38,013 nucleotides of DNA from a virus (taxonomy: Duplodnaviria > Caudoviricetes): positions 1 through 38,013 of the IMG/VR virus record IMGVR_UViG_3300026258_000307; one strand, written 5' to 3'. Under the pieces are notes generated by a model. That model saw only the letters and a list, made by a program, of their open reading frames with translations. It was not told where the DNA came from and searched no databases. Below, piece after piece: positions 8,167-17,094 of this stretch. Within the stretch, counting starts at the first letter, position 1, and each line of letters opens with the position of its first letter. Position numbers and translations under genes: made by a program.

Positions 8167-10489
8167 CTGACACCGTTGGCTTGACTTGGTCTAATATCTC
8201 AGTCTTTTTTCCTGCCTTAAAGTTTACTGTAAGTTTAGGCACAACGTCATCTGAAAGTCCTACCTCTACCATTCCACCTGCTGTCAGTTCACCAAACAAC
8301 ATCATCTTAGATAATGGCTTTTTGATCTCGTCGTCTATGACACGTTGTAATGGTCTAGCACCTAGTTTAGAATCGAATCCTTTTGTCATTAAAAATTCTA
8401 TTGCATCGTCTGTTGCATTAACTTCAACATCTTTTTCGATAGTCATTGCGTTTAATTCTTGTAGGAATTTTTTCACAACAGATTTCATAGTCTCTTTGCC
8501 AAGTTTGTCAAATTTTATTACTGCATCTAATCTGTTTCTAAACTCCGGCGGAAAGAATTTTTTAAGAGCGACTTCGTCCTCGCCGGTTCTTTCACTTGGT
8601 CCAAAACCTATGTTGTTTCTTTCATTCTCTTCCGCACCTAAGTTAGAAGTCATTATGAGTGTGATATTTCTACAGTCTGCTTTCTTACCATTTGAACCAG
8701 TAACCGTACCATAGTCCATAACTTGTAATAGCATATTAGACACATCTCGATGTGCTTTTTCAATTTCATCAAACAGTACCACTGCGTGTGGATTCTTTTC
8801 TACTTCATTTATAAACATACCACCGCCCATTTGCGAATCTTCATATCCTACATATCCTGGAGGTGATCCAATTAATTTTGCAATTGAATGTTTTTCTTGA
8901 TATTCAGACATGTCAAATCTTACAAGTTCAACTCCCAGTGTTTTTGCTAGTTGTCTAGCAGTCTCAGTCTTACCACAACCTGTTGGTCCTAAGAATAAGA
9001 ATGATCCAACTGGTTTGTTTAAACTTTTTAATCCTGCTCTTGCAACAAGTATTTTGTCTGTGATTGTGTTTATTGCTCTATCCTGTCCAAAAACTTGTAA
9101 TTTCATTTTTTCTTCTAGTGTTTTCAAATTACTTGCTTGTTTCTGAGATAATTGTTCAATACTAATTCCAGTCATTTGTGATATCTCATGGATTATTTCA
9201 TCATGATCAATCTTACCATCTTTGACTCCTTTTAATCTCAATCTAGCACAGGCAACATCCAAGACATCTATTGCTTTATCAGGCAGTTTCTTGTCTGCTA
9301 TAAATTTGCTCGAATAATCAACTGCGTCTTCACAAGCCTCGTCTGTAATAGTGCATTTGTGAAACTTCTCATAATATTGTTTTACACCTTTTAGTATTTT
9401 GATTGAAGTTTCCTTAGTCGGTTCACCCACTTGCAATCTTTGGAATCTTCTCATAAGTGCTCTGTCTTTTTCGAAATACTTTCTGTACTCCTCCCAAGTT
9501 GTAGAAGCAACAACTTTAATTGTTCCTTTAAGAAGTGCTGGTTTAAGCATATTGGCCATATCCATGCTGTTGCCTTGTCCTGTTGCACCTGCACCTACCA
9601 TCATATGTGCTTCGTCAACAAATAGTATTGATTTCCCTTTTTGATCAAGTGCATTTATAATCAGTTTTAATCTCTCTTCAAAATCTCCTCTAAACTTAGA
9701 TCCTGCTATCAATGAATTAGTGTCCAGGCTCCATACAATATGATCTTTCAGATATTCAGGAACATCTGCTTTGTTCTTGGCTATACGTCTAGCAAGTCCC
9801 TCGACTACTGCTGTCTTACCAACTCCTGGGTCACCAACTATTAATACATTGTTCTTGTTTCTTCTTGCAAGTATTTGTTTTAGATTCTCTGTTTCTTCTT
9901 CCCTACCAATCACGGGATCAATTTTCTTGTCAAAATATTTTTGGTTAAGATTTTCACAGTAACTTTTTAGAATTCTATCTGCTTGATTTGGTCTAAGTCT
10001 TTGTTCTTGTCCCGGGTGTACACCGCCCATTTGTGCCATGCCTTCGTCTAGTATTGTTTCTGTAGACACTAGATCCATTAAGTCTTGTTTGTTTACTTGA
10101 TGTTTCTTTAGAAAGAATGCCGCATAACTTTTCTTCTCTGCAAAAATTGATATGAGAATATCTATTGCATTGACATCTTGTCTGCCTTGGAATAATGCCT
10201 GAGTGAATGCTCTGTTCATTAGTCTTTCTAATGATGCAGTCTTTCTTGGAGTGACAGGCTCCTTTCCTTTTGTAACAATGTCATTACATTTTGTATCAAG
10301 GTAATCTTCTACATCACGTATCAAGGTTGGCATTGGCACTTTAAAATCATGTAGAACTGTGCCAATGTTCTCATCTTTAATAAGTGCTAACAGCACGTGT
10401 TCTATTGTGACGTACTCGTGTCTTCTCTTCTCGGCTTCCTTAACTGCATTTTCGAATATGTTTTCTAGGCTTTCGTTTGCTTCTAACAT
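8150..10489 (-). CDS. clpA: ATP-dependent Clp protease ATP-binding subunit ClpA
   Basis: Clp N-domain (RRHEYVTIEHVLLAL); two AAA+ domains (GDPGVGKT/FVDEAH and GPTGCGKT/FDEIEKAH); no ClpB middle domain; IGF ClpP-docking loop (NNIGFG). GGAG precedes the ATG at 10489. Confidence 0.93.
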   Translation of the reverse strand: MLEANESLENIFENAVKEAEKRRHEYVTIEHVLLALIKDENIGTVLHDFKVPMPTLIRDVEDYLDTKCNDIVTKGKEPVTPRKTASLERLMNRAFTQALFQGRQDVNAIDILISIFAEKKSYAAFFLKKHQVNKQDLMDLVSTETILDEGMAQMGGVHPGQEQRLRPNQADRILKSYCENLNQKYFDKKIDPVIGREEETENLKQILARRNKNNVLIVGDPGVGKTAVVEGLARRIAKNKADVPEYLKDHIVWSLDTNSLIAGSKFRGDFEERLKLIINALDQKGKSILFVDEAHMMVGAGATGQGNSMDMANMLKPALLKGTIKVVASTTWEEYRKYFEKDRALMRRFQRLQVGEPTKETSIKILKGVKQYYEKFHKCTITDEACEDAVDYSSKFIADKKLPDKAIDVLDVACARLRLKGVKDGKIDHDEIIHEISQMTGISIEQLSQKQASNLKTLEEKMKLQVFGQDRAINTITDKILVARAGLKSLNKPVGSFLFLGPTGCGKTETARQLAKTLGVELVRFDMSEYQEKHSIAKLIGSPPGYVGYEDSQMGGGMFINEVEKNPHAVVLFDEIEKAHRDVSNMLLQVMDYGTVTGSNGKKADCRNITLIMTSNLGAEENERNNIGFGPSERTGEDEVALKKFFPPEFRNRLDAVIKFDKLGKETMKSVVKKFLQELNAMTIEKDVEVNATDDAIEFLMTKGFDSKLGARPLQRVIDDEIKKPLSKMMLFGELTAGGMVEVGLSDDVVPKLTVNFKAGKKTEILDQVKPTVSDEKTS

Positions 10490-10691
10490 TTCCACTCCAA
10501 TCTATTAATCCTTTTTGTATCTTTAAATGTGTTGCTATGTCTTTGTCGTCCCATTCCAATTCCTGCTGTATGGCCGCTATCAATCTTTCCACATCTTTTT
10601 GTGTCTGTGTTTGTTTTGCATATGTGCCATTTAATATTTTCCATGCCTTAGTTTCCTTTGGTCTTTTTATTTTTTGTTTGCCATTTCCCAT
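10440..10691 (-). CDS. Hypothetical basic protein (83 aa)
   Basis: Fills the gap between def and clpA and overlaps both. Confidence 0.6.
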   Translation of the reverse strand: MGNGKQKIKRPKETKAWKILNGTYAKQTQTQKDVERLIAAIQQELEWDDKDIATHLKIQKGLIDWSGNVRSKRKPRKHIRKCS

Positions 10692-11161
10692 CGTAGTTTA
10701 GATACCCTTTGATTAAACGTAATACCGTCAAGGTGATCGCATTCATGCTGGAAACACTTGGATTCCATTCCATCGAGTCTTGCTGTTTTTGTTTCACCTT
10801 TTGTTGTTTCATATTGTACTTCTACTGTCTTTGGTCTTTCTACTTTCAACCATACTCCTTTAAAACTTAAACATCCTTCTAAGTCTATAACTTTTTCTTC
10901 ACTAAAACTTATCACCTTTGGATTCCAAATTATAGCATGTTTTTGAAATGTGTCAAATGTTTCATGACCTATCGCAAAGAATCTTTTGGTAATGCCTACC
11001 TGGTTTGCGGCCAGTCCCATTCCTTTCTCGTCCAGCATCAACTTGATGTAGTCGTTTTCAAATTTTTGCAGGTCGTCGTATCCTTCAATGCTGTCATCGT
11101 GCGACCACTCCGTGCTAGTCTGTAGCAGTGTCTCGTGTGGGTATTGGAACAGTTGTATCAT
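10667..11161 (-). CDS. def: Peptide deformylase
   Basis: The three PDF motifs GLAANQVG, EGCLS and QHECDHLDG. Confidence 0.96.
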   Translation of the reverse strand: MIQLFQYPHETLLQTSTEWSHDDSIEGYDDLQKFENDYIKLMLDEKGMGLAANQVGITKRFFAIGHETFDTFQKHAIIWNPKVISFSEEKVIDLEGCLSFKGVWLKVERPKTVEVQYETTKGETKTARLDGMESKCFQHECDHLDGITFNQRVSKLRWEMANKK

Positions 11162-12012
11162 AGGTCTTTAATCTTTTTCAAATCCTGTGCTGACAGTTGT
11201 GGTATCAGTATGTGTATCTTGACATACAAATTACCTTTAATATTTAATGTTTTATGGACAGGCATGCCTTGCCCTTTGACAGCCAACAGGGTGTTTGGTT
11301 GTGTGCCTGCAGGCACTTTAACTTTTATAATTTTATCCTCCAGTGTTTTCAAATTGAATTCATGTCCTCGCACCGCCTGGAAACAGTCTATTGTCTTGTC
11401 TGTGTACAAGTCGTTACCCTTACGAGTATAGCCATCGGAATCCAACACACTCATTACCACCATCAAATCTCCTCGTGGTTGATTCTTGATGCTATCATCT
11501 CCCATTCCAGAAAATTTAAATGTCACACCGTGTTGCACTCCTGCCGGTATTTTGACAGTGGCAAATTCTTCCCTACCAGATGGCAGTTTGTAGTTGATTG
11601 TTTTCTCATTATTCATCATTGCTTCTTTGATCGAAATTGCCATCCTCACTTGTACATTCCTGTTGCCTCTTTGTTGATGTCGTCTAAATGGACGTCCTCC
11701 GGTTGTAAAGTTAAATCGCCCTCCCAAATCCATATCACCATCGCCAAAGCCTGAGAAAAAATCTCCAAATATGTCTTCGTTGAAGAAAGGATGTTGTTGG
11801 TTTCCCGTACCTCCAAATTTACGCATGGTGTCGTAGTCATGTCTCTTCTGTGAGTTCTTCAGTGTGTCATAGGCTTCGTTTGCTTCTTTGAATCTTGCTT
11901 CGTTGCCGCCCCTGTCAGGATGTTCTTTCTTTGCTATATCTTTGAATGCTTTCTTTATTTGGTCAGAAGAAGCGTCCTCAGACACACCTAGTATGTCGTA
12001 ATAATTTTTCAT
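11158..12012 (-). CDS. dnaJ: DnaJ/CbpA-type co-chaperone (class B, no zinc finger)
   Basis: J domain with HPD, G/F-rich region, C-terminal substrate-binding domain; no CxxCxGxG repeats. Confidence 0.92.
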   Translation of the reverse strand: MKNYYDILGVSEDASSDQIKKAFKDIAKKEHPDRGGNEARFKEANEAYDTLKNSQKRHDYDTMRKFGGTGNQQHPFFNEDIFGDFFSGFGDGDMDLGGRFNFTTGGRPFRRHQQRGNRNVQVRMAISIKEAMMNNEKTINYKLPSGREEFATVKIPAGVQHGVTFKFSGMGDDSIKNQPRGDLMVVMSVLDSDGYTRKGNDLYTDKTIDCFQAVRGHEFNLKTLEDKIIKVKVPAGTQPNTLLAVKGQGMPVHKTLNIKGNLYVKIHILIPQLSAQDLKKIKDL

Positions 12013-12019
12013 TTAGTAT

Positions 12020-12047
12020 ATTGTATAACAGATTGGTGATCTGTCAA
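12020..12047 (-). promoter_or_regulatory. sigma70-type early promoter TTGACA-N16-TACAAT
   Basis: -35 at 12042-12047, -10 at 12020-12025; ATG at 12012, 7 nt downstream. A short inverted repeat ACAGAT/ATCTGT spans the spacer. Confidence 0.7.
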
Positions 12048-12057
12048 TGTGTGGTAA

Positions 12058-12378
12058 TTATTTCTTGATGTCTGTCTTCTTGCCGTTGACGTAAAGTCCA
12101 AACCAGGCCGCACCAGCACCAACCACAACAGAAACAAATCCTGCCTGTGCGTTGTTTGGAGCATCTAGGGCCATGAACCACTGCATTGTGTTGTAGAAAA
12201 CTAGTCCATACAATGCCATCATTATTCTCGGCACTGTTCTCCAATTAGATAGGAACTGTGGTAATTCATCTCTTAAGAAAACCCAAACGATCTTAATTAA
12301 TGCCCAACCGTCTTTGGCACCTTTTTTGACCATGCTGTCTTTTTTAACAATAAGTTTATCTTCTTTTAATTCAGCCAT
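12058..12378 (-). CDS. Small membrane protein, holin candidate
   Basis: Two to three hydrophobic helices with charged termini; in a late operon next to the lysis genes. Confidence 0.55.
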   Translation of the reverse strand: MAELKEDKLIVKKDSMVKKGAKDGWALIKIVWVFLRDELPQFLSNWRTVPRIMMALYGLVFYNTMQWFMALDAPNNAQAGFVSVVVGAGAAWFGLYVNGKKTDIKK

Positions 12379-12968
12379 TATCTTAAACCCTCTATCTTTG
12401 CGTCTCTTTTTCTATGACCATTCCATGCAACAAATCCGCCTGCTCTCAATGACCAGTATGCTAGTCTGTTCATTGTGTAGAATCCGTTGACGATAATGTT
12501 TATGTCTCTGAAAATTTCGTCTGCTCTTTTCTGTGTGAGTTCACCCATTGTTTCTTTTTTGTTTTTCTTTAATAGTGTTTTGTACTTGTATGCGTAGTCA
12601 TGAACTAGTCCACCAATTAATAACACTCCAACCGGTGAGAAGAATGTTCTCAAGAATTTAGGAATACTTGCACCGTCAAATTGGAAACCTGATGGTATCA
12701 CATATTCTTCTCCATCAATGTTGTACTTCCAATCTTCTGTCAATACCCAGTTCCTTGTAGAAAGCAACCACATCACGATGCCTTTCCAGAAACCCTTGCC
12801 CTTAGTCGCAATAGGTACAGGTCTCAAAGTTGGCATTTCTTTGTAATTGAATTTTAATTTTGTTTTTGCTCTCTTGTCTGTGAAGTTTATTATTGCGGCA
12901 ATAATAACGACAGCGATCAACACTGTCCATTGCCAAAATTTCATTGCTAATGCTATAATCAGTTCCAT
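12378..12968 (-). CDS. DUF1353-family protein with N-terminal membrane anchor
   Basis: IPSGFQFDGASIP...VHDYAY...ADEIF pattern; AGGAG Shine-Dalgarno. Confidence 0.8.
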   Translation of the reverse strand: MELIIALAMKFWQWTVLIAVVIIAAIINFTDKRAKTKLKFNYKEMPTLRPVPIATKGKGFWKGIVMWLLSTRNWVLTEDWKYNIDGEEYVIPSGFQFDGASIPKFLRTFFSPVGVLLIGGLVHDYAYKYKTLLKKNKKETMGELTQKRADEIFRDINIIVNGFYTMNRLAYWSLRAGGFVAWNGHRKRDAKIEGLR

Positions 12969-12990
12969 AGTTCTCCTCGGTTAATATGCG

Positions 12991-12996
12991 TATTTA
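12991..12996 (-). promoter_or_regulatory. Late promoter core TAAATA
   Basis: Upstream of the SD-led gene at 12968. Confidence 0.6.
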
Positions 12997-13479
12997 TTCC
13001 CAACTTTTCTTTTCTCTGTATGCTTCTTCGTGTCTTCCTAGGATGTCCAGTATTTCCCAAGTGCCGTCATCTTTGATTCTAACCTTTGCATCCACTTTGT
13101 CACAGGTCATTGTGAACACCGTCTCACCCGGATACATTTTCTCTCGCTTCTCTGGGTCTCTGTAATCTCTTTCTGCTTCTCTTTTATTCTTTAAACAGTC
13201 CATCAAGTTCTCACTTGCTCTATGATCAATCAAAACTCTTGATCCGTCTTCAGCAATGGCAAATATACAAACAGCAAACACAACACCATTTTCAGGTTCT
13301 GAACTTGAAGTCTTGTGTTCCTCGATCATTATTTTCTCTGCTGGTTTCTCGTGTTCATGATCATGATCTAGTTTACATTGATTGCTGTGATCATTTTCTC
13401 CACACCCATAACAATCTGCTAGTGACACAGTTGTGAACAAAAACATTATTGTCAGTATGTAGAATAGTATTCTCGCCAT
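12994..13479 (-). CDS. Exported Cys/His-rich protein (161 aa)
   Basis: Signal peptide ending VSLA-D, CxxC, DHDHEHE; C-terminal domain similar to 13481..13807. Confidence 0.75.
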   Translation of the reverse strand: MARILFYILTIMFLFTTVSLADCYGCGENDHSNQCKLDHDHEHEKPAEKIMIEEHKTSSSEPENGVVFAVCIFAIAEDGSRVLIDHRASENLMDCLKNKREAERDYRDPEKREKMYPGETVFTMTCDKVDAKVRIKDDGTWEILDILGRHEEAYREKKSWE

Positions 13480-13480
13480 G

Positions 13481-13807
13481 TTATGCTCCTGAGTGTACTT
13501 TTATAATCCTCATTCCGTATTTTGTCTGCGAATCTTCTTCCAAATCCGCTTTCAATATTTTACAAGCAAACTGGACCCTGTCCTGCTTACCGTTGGAATC
13601 CATTTCCCTTTGTGCTACTCTCTTTGATTTCATGCAGGCAGATAGATTGGGTTTGAAAACGTGTTCAATCATTTTGCCGTTTAGATACAATATCAAGCCA
13701 ATTACACCTTCCTTGTCAAGATGTTTCTTGCCGGGTTTGTATTCTAATGCAGTTACGGTTGTTGTTAGTAAAAATAAAACAATTAAAATTCTAGTGACTA
13801 TTGCCAT
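13481..13807 (-). CDS. Exported protein (108 aa)
   Basis: Signal peptide ending VTA-L; two Cys. Confidence 0.75.
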   Translation of the reverse strand: MAIVTRILIVLFLLTTTVTALEYKPGKKHLDKEGVIGLILYLNGKMIEHVFKPNLSACMKSKRVAQREMDSNGKQDRVQFACKILKADLEEDSQTKYGMRIIKVHSGA

Positions 13808-14231
13808 TTGTGTATTTCATCTCTCTGTTGCTGTCTTTCAATTTCTCGACATCTTCTCTGAGTAATTTTACATCTTCTTGGAGACGTTTTATGTTAACAC
13901 CGTTGTTCATCATGTTTTCCATACGCTCTTGAATTTTTTCCACTTGCATGGCGATGTGTTCTATCAACATGAACTGTTCTGAATCTGCCGGTGGGGAACC
14001 TAATTCACCACGTGGCCATTTAATCCTAAATTCGTTGTTCTTGTCGATGTCAGCGCCTAGCCTTTGTTCTACTTGCTGTAAGTCTTTCTCAGACAGTTGT
14101 GCTTTTGTTTCGAGGTTATTCAGTCTTTCTATGACACCAAAGTACGCCCAAACCCCAACCGCTACTGCGGCCAAGATGGAAAGTAAATTCCGCATTGGCA
14201 TTGAAATTGATGTTGAATCGCTGATCTTCAT
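13791..14231 (-). CDS. Single-pass membrane protein with coiled coil (146 aa)
   Basis: TM segment LLSILAAVAVGVWAYFGVI followed by heptad-rich sequence; TAAATA upstream. Confidence 0.75.
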   Translation of the reverse strand: MKISDSTSISMPMRNLLSILAAVAVGVWAYFGVIERLNNLETKAQLSEKDLQQVEQRLGADIDKNNEFRIKWPRGELGSPPADSEQFMLIEHIAMQVEKIQERMENMMNNGVNIKRLQEDVKLLREDVEKLKDSNREMKYTNGNSH

Positions 14232-14239
14232 AATAGTAG

Positions 14240-14245
14240 TATTTA
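14240..14245 (-). promoter_or_regulatory. Late promoter core TAAATA
   Basis: Intergenic, 8 nt before the ATG at 14231. Confidence 0.7.
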
Positions 14246-14258
14246 TTCTGATAGACCT

Positions 14259-14477
14259 TTATTTTTTCTCTACTAGGTTCATCAGATCTTGTACGGTCTG
14301 GACTTTATCACCGTCGTCCTCTGATATTTTCACCCCTGTCGCTTTTTCCACCTGTATGCACAATTCTATTGTGTCAAATGGATCTGCACCTAGATCATTC
14401 ACTAGGTGTGCTTCTGGGGTGACCTTGCTTTCCGCAACATCTAGGTGTTCTGCTATTACTTTAATTACTGTCTGCAT
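14259..14477 (-). CDS. Acyl carrier protein homologue lacking the phosphopantetheine-attachment serine
   Basis: VIKVIAEHLDV..KVTPEAHLVNDLGADPFDTIEL...GVKISEDDGDKVQTVQDL matches the AcpP pattern, but DSLD is DPFD (codons GAT CCA TTT GAC). Confidence 0.88.
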   Translation of the reverse strand: MQTVIKVIAEHLDVAESKVTPEAHLVNDLGADPFDTIELCIQVEKATGVKISEDDGDKVQTVQDLMNLVEKK

Positions 14478-14862
14478 TCTCTTCTCCCTCGTAATATTTC
14501 TTGTACTCTTCCAGGAGACTATTGGTTTCCTGTAATTTCTGTCTTATCTGTGCGAAGTTCCTTGCAAGTACCTGGAAGTCCTTGTCTGTGATTCCGAATA
14601 GCACGGGGTCTATACCTGCGTCCTCTAGTTTCTTGAATACTTCTTCTGCGTTTTTGCTTGTGATGATGATCCATTTGATCTCTTCCATCTGCAACGGTGT
14701 GGGCATTTCGTAGTTCAATTTCTCCCTTGGCTTCTCAACTGAGAATATCTTGATCTTCTTCTCACCACCTATACTACATCCTGATAATAGCATACACACC
14801 ATCAGTGGTACTGCTACTATCCATGCTAGTCTATGAGTTTTATCTTTATTGATGTGGTACAT
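14461..14862 (-). CDS. Outer-membrane spanin (Rz1-like lipoprotein)
   Basis: Lipobox LLSG-C; overlaps the end of the i-spanin candidate, downstream of the endolysin. Confidence 0.75.
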   Translation of the reverse strand: MYHINKDKTHRLAWIVAVPLMVCMLLSGCSIGGEKKIKIFSVEKPREKLNYEMPTPLQMEEIKWIIITSKNAEEVFKKLEDAGIDPVLFGITDKDFQVLARNFAQIRQKLQETNSLLEEYKKYYEGEENADSN

Positions 14863-15319
14863 AATTTGGATTCGCTAGTGCTGGGCACTCTGGGTTGATT
14901 TGTGATTTTAAAGTTGCTTTTAATTCTTCTTCTGTGTGTTCGGCACCTGACGCCAGTTCAATGCATCTCGCCGCATTCTTGCCACCCTTGTTTATTACCC
15001 TCTCAACAGATGTGGTTCTCTCTAATGCTAGTTTGCCGATGTCTCTTTTTTTCTTTGTGAATCTTTTGTCTAGGTCATTTAAATCTTTTTTAAATGTGTT
15101 GATCAATACATTAAGTTTCTTGTTGCTTTCCATTATTGCTTCGAAGTCTTTTTTCTGTTGTTCCAAAACTTTAGTTTGCTCAGCGACGGCAGTTTCAAGT
15201 TTAATCTGATTTGCTTTCAAGGTGGCGTTGTCTGCCCTCAATTTCATAACATACATACCGGCTCCAGCAATACCAGTGATAAGGATCACTGCGAAAATCA
15301 TTTTGATACTTGAAAACAT
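14846..15319 (-). CDS. Inner-membrane spanin (Rz-like)
   Basis: N-terminal TM helix, long coiled coil, C-terminal Cys pair; lies between the endolysin and the lipoprotein. Confidence 0.75.
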   Translation of the reverse strand: MFSSIKMIFAVILITGIAGAGMYVMKLRADNATLKANQIKLETAVAEQTKVLEQQKKDFEAIMESNKKLNVLINTFKKDLNDLDKRFTKKKRDIGKLALERTTSVERVINKGGKNAARCIELASGAEHTEEELKATLKSQINPECPALANPNYVPHQ

Positions 15320-15780
15320 TATTCGTATAAGCCGGACTTATAAACAGTCTTGCCATTCTCCTTTGTAGCAGTCAGCACATGTTTTCTGTTTCCTTCTGAC
15401 TTATAGGAAACGTGTACCCAACCCGAATCAGGTATGCCAGGTGTGTAAAATTCTAATATGAGTTGATCGAACTCAAGATTTTCTCTTATCCAATTTGCTA
15501 CATCATAGTTTGGCGTGCCAGGACATTCGATATCTACTGCCTCACCTTTGCAGTGTTGTGATTTACTCGAGCCTCCAACTGCTTCATTTAATGCTGGTCC
15601 CCTGTATCCTGAATTGATCACTGTGACACCAAAGTTGTCTCTTACTTTCTGCACAACATTTTCAAACAATTCTTTGGCACTTGCTAGATGTTCTTCGTTG
15701 GGAGTGTTGTCAATGCCTTGCCTGGTTGCAGTTTGACTTTTTACAAATTCCTGTAATGTGAAGTTCGCACTTAATCTCAT
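15319..15780 (-). CDS. Peptidase M15-family endolysin
   Basis: LSANFTLQEF, INSGYR, SQHCKGEAVDI and WVHVS motifs. Start moved to the ATG at 15780, 5 nt after TAAATA. Confidence 0.88.
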   Translation of the reverse strand: MRLSANFTLQEFVKSQTATRQGIDNTPNEEHLASAKELFENVVQKVRDNFGVTVINSGYRGPALNEAVGGSSKSQHCKGEAVDIECPGTPNYDVANWIRENLEFDQLILEFYTPGIPDSGWVHVSYKSEGNRKHVLTATKENGKTVYKSGLYE

Positions 15781-15785
15781 GTAAT

Positions 15786-15791
15786 TATTTA
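15786..15791 (-). promoter_or_regulatory. Late promoter core TAAATA (lysis cassette)
   Basis: 5 nt before the endolysin ATG. Confidence 0.7.
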
Positions 15792-15812
15792 TCAATATAT
15801 GCGTATATTATT

Positions 15813-16550
15813 TTACCAACCGCTTTTACTTATTACGGCAGATTGACCATCTTTGCTGAAGATAAACTTATTTTCAGTTGTTTTGGTAATGTTGTAGGGA
15901 CCAAAATATTTTGTCAGGTGTGTGCATTCAGCGATTGAATTCATGTCAATAGCAAATGCTTTTGCTTCTTTTATAATTTCGTTTGTGGCGCCTATCTTGT
16001 GCATTTCAAAACTTATGGTTTCATTAGATCCGTGTTTCTTAAAATTTAACTTGTTTTCTGTTATATTACATTCCAGCATTTGATATTTGTCAAAGAAACT
16101 TTTTGCTTCACTGACTTTCATTTCGTTTACTGTTTGATCATATGCTTCTGGTGTAGTTGGAACACCCTCTCCTAATCCTGCATTCAAACTTGTTGGATTT
16201 GTACCTTTGTGATATGTGTAACTGAATTCTTCTATGTTTGTAAGTTTCTTCAAGTCCTCAACAAATGCCATAATTTGATTTGCAACTTCTGGAGTTCTAG
16301 CAAACTCTATGAAAACCTTATGCTTTCCATCCTCCAAGGTGCCTGGAGTAGAGTCGGCATCTAGCACTGACGAGTAACCTGCCTCTGCAAAACGTTCTAA
16401 ATCTTTAGCGGGTGCATGTCCATCAACACTGAAAGCAAGGACCAGAATGTTCCTGTCTTCGCCCATCTTTGATTTGAATTGATCAATACTAAAACTAGGT
16501 GATACAACACCCTCTAGATCACCGGCTTTTAAACCTTCGTTTATTTGCAT
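15813..16550 (-). CDS. Hypothetical protein (245 aa)
   Basis: Long coupled ORF; N-terminus MQINE. Confidence 0.8.
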   Translation of the reverse strand: MQINEGLKAGDLEGVVSPSFSIDQFKSKMGEDRNILVLAFSVDGHAPAKDLERFAEAGYSSVLDADSTPGTLEDGKHKVFIEFARTPEVANQIMAFVEDLKKLTNIEEFSYTYHKGTNPTSLNAGLGEGVPTTPEAYDQTVNEMKVSEAKSFFDKYQMLECNITENKLNFKKHGSNETISFEMHKIGATNEIIKEAKAFAIDMNSIAECTHLTKYFGPYNITKTTENKFIFSKDGQSAVISKSGW

Positions 16551-17014
16551 TAGATTATTTCTCCTGATGCTGAGTCAGTTGGTTCTTCTTTCTCAATTTC
16601 ATCTTTGCCGTGTTTGAAATTGCCAATAAGTTCTTTTGGCATTTTAATTTCAACCACCCAAATATCATGAGCATCAATTTTTCCTTTTGTGGTTCCAGGT
16701 CTGTAATCCGCTGGAGTTTTAATCTGTCTTGGTTTTAATAATTCGTCTCGCTTATATGAAACTTTACAGCCTTTATCAAGCAATCTCTTTCCACCTGCTG
16801 GATCTGGCATCTTGTCTGCTGGCCACATGAAAGAACACGTGACAAAGTGTCTAGAATCTTCTGGGCCTGAAAGCAATTCGCCTTCTTCCCAATTCTTAAA
16901 AACATATACGTCTAATTCGTCTATCACACGCTCGAAGTCCTTTAATATTGAAAGAGTAGGACCTACTGCGTATAGTGATTGTACGTTTTTTATAATATCT
17001 AGAACATCATGCAT
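16550..17014 (-). CDS. Hypothetical protein (154 aa)
   Basis: Long ORF behind TAAATA. Confidence 0.8.
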   Translation of the reverse strand: MHDVLDIIKNVQSLYAVGPTLSILKDFERVIDELDVYVFKNWEEGELLSGPEDSRHFVTCSFMWPADKMPDPAGGKRLLDKGCKVSYKRDELLKPRQIKTPADYRPGTTKGKIDAHDIWVVEIKMPKELIGNFKHGKDEIEKEEPTDSASGEII

Positions 17015-17023
17015 AGTAATTCT

Positions 17024-17029
17024 TATTTA
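17024..17029 (-). promoter_or_regulatory. Late promoter core TAAATA
   Basis: 9 nt before the ATG at 17014. Confidence 0.65.
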
Positions 17030-17081
17030 TGATAAAATTTGGCTGACAAATATATGCACTGTTATTGGCTGTTTTTGCCCT

Positions 17082-17087
17082 TAAGTA
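17082..17087 (+). promoter_or_regulatory. Variant late promoter TAAGTA
   Basis: 7 nt before the plus-strand ATG at 17095; same spacing as the TAAATA sites. Confidence 0.45.
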
Positions 17088-17094
17088 TTTGTAC

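Noticed and set aside
12026-12047. Inverted repeat as an intrinsic terminator
   Set aside because: Short AT-rich stem without a U-tract; it coincides with the promoter spacer, so no terminator is called.
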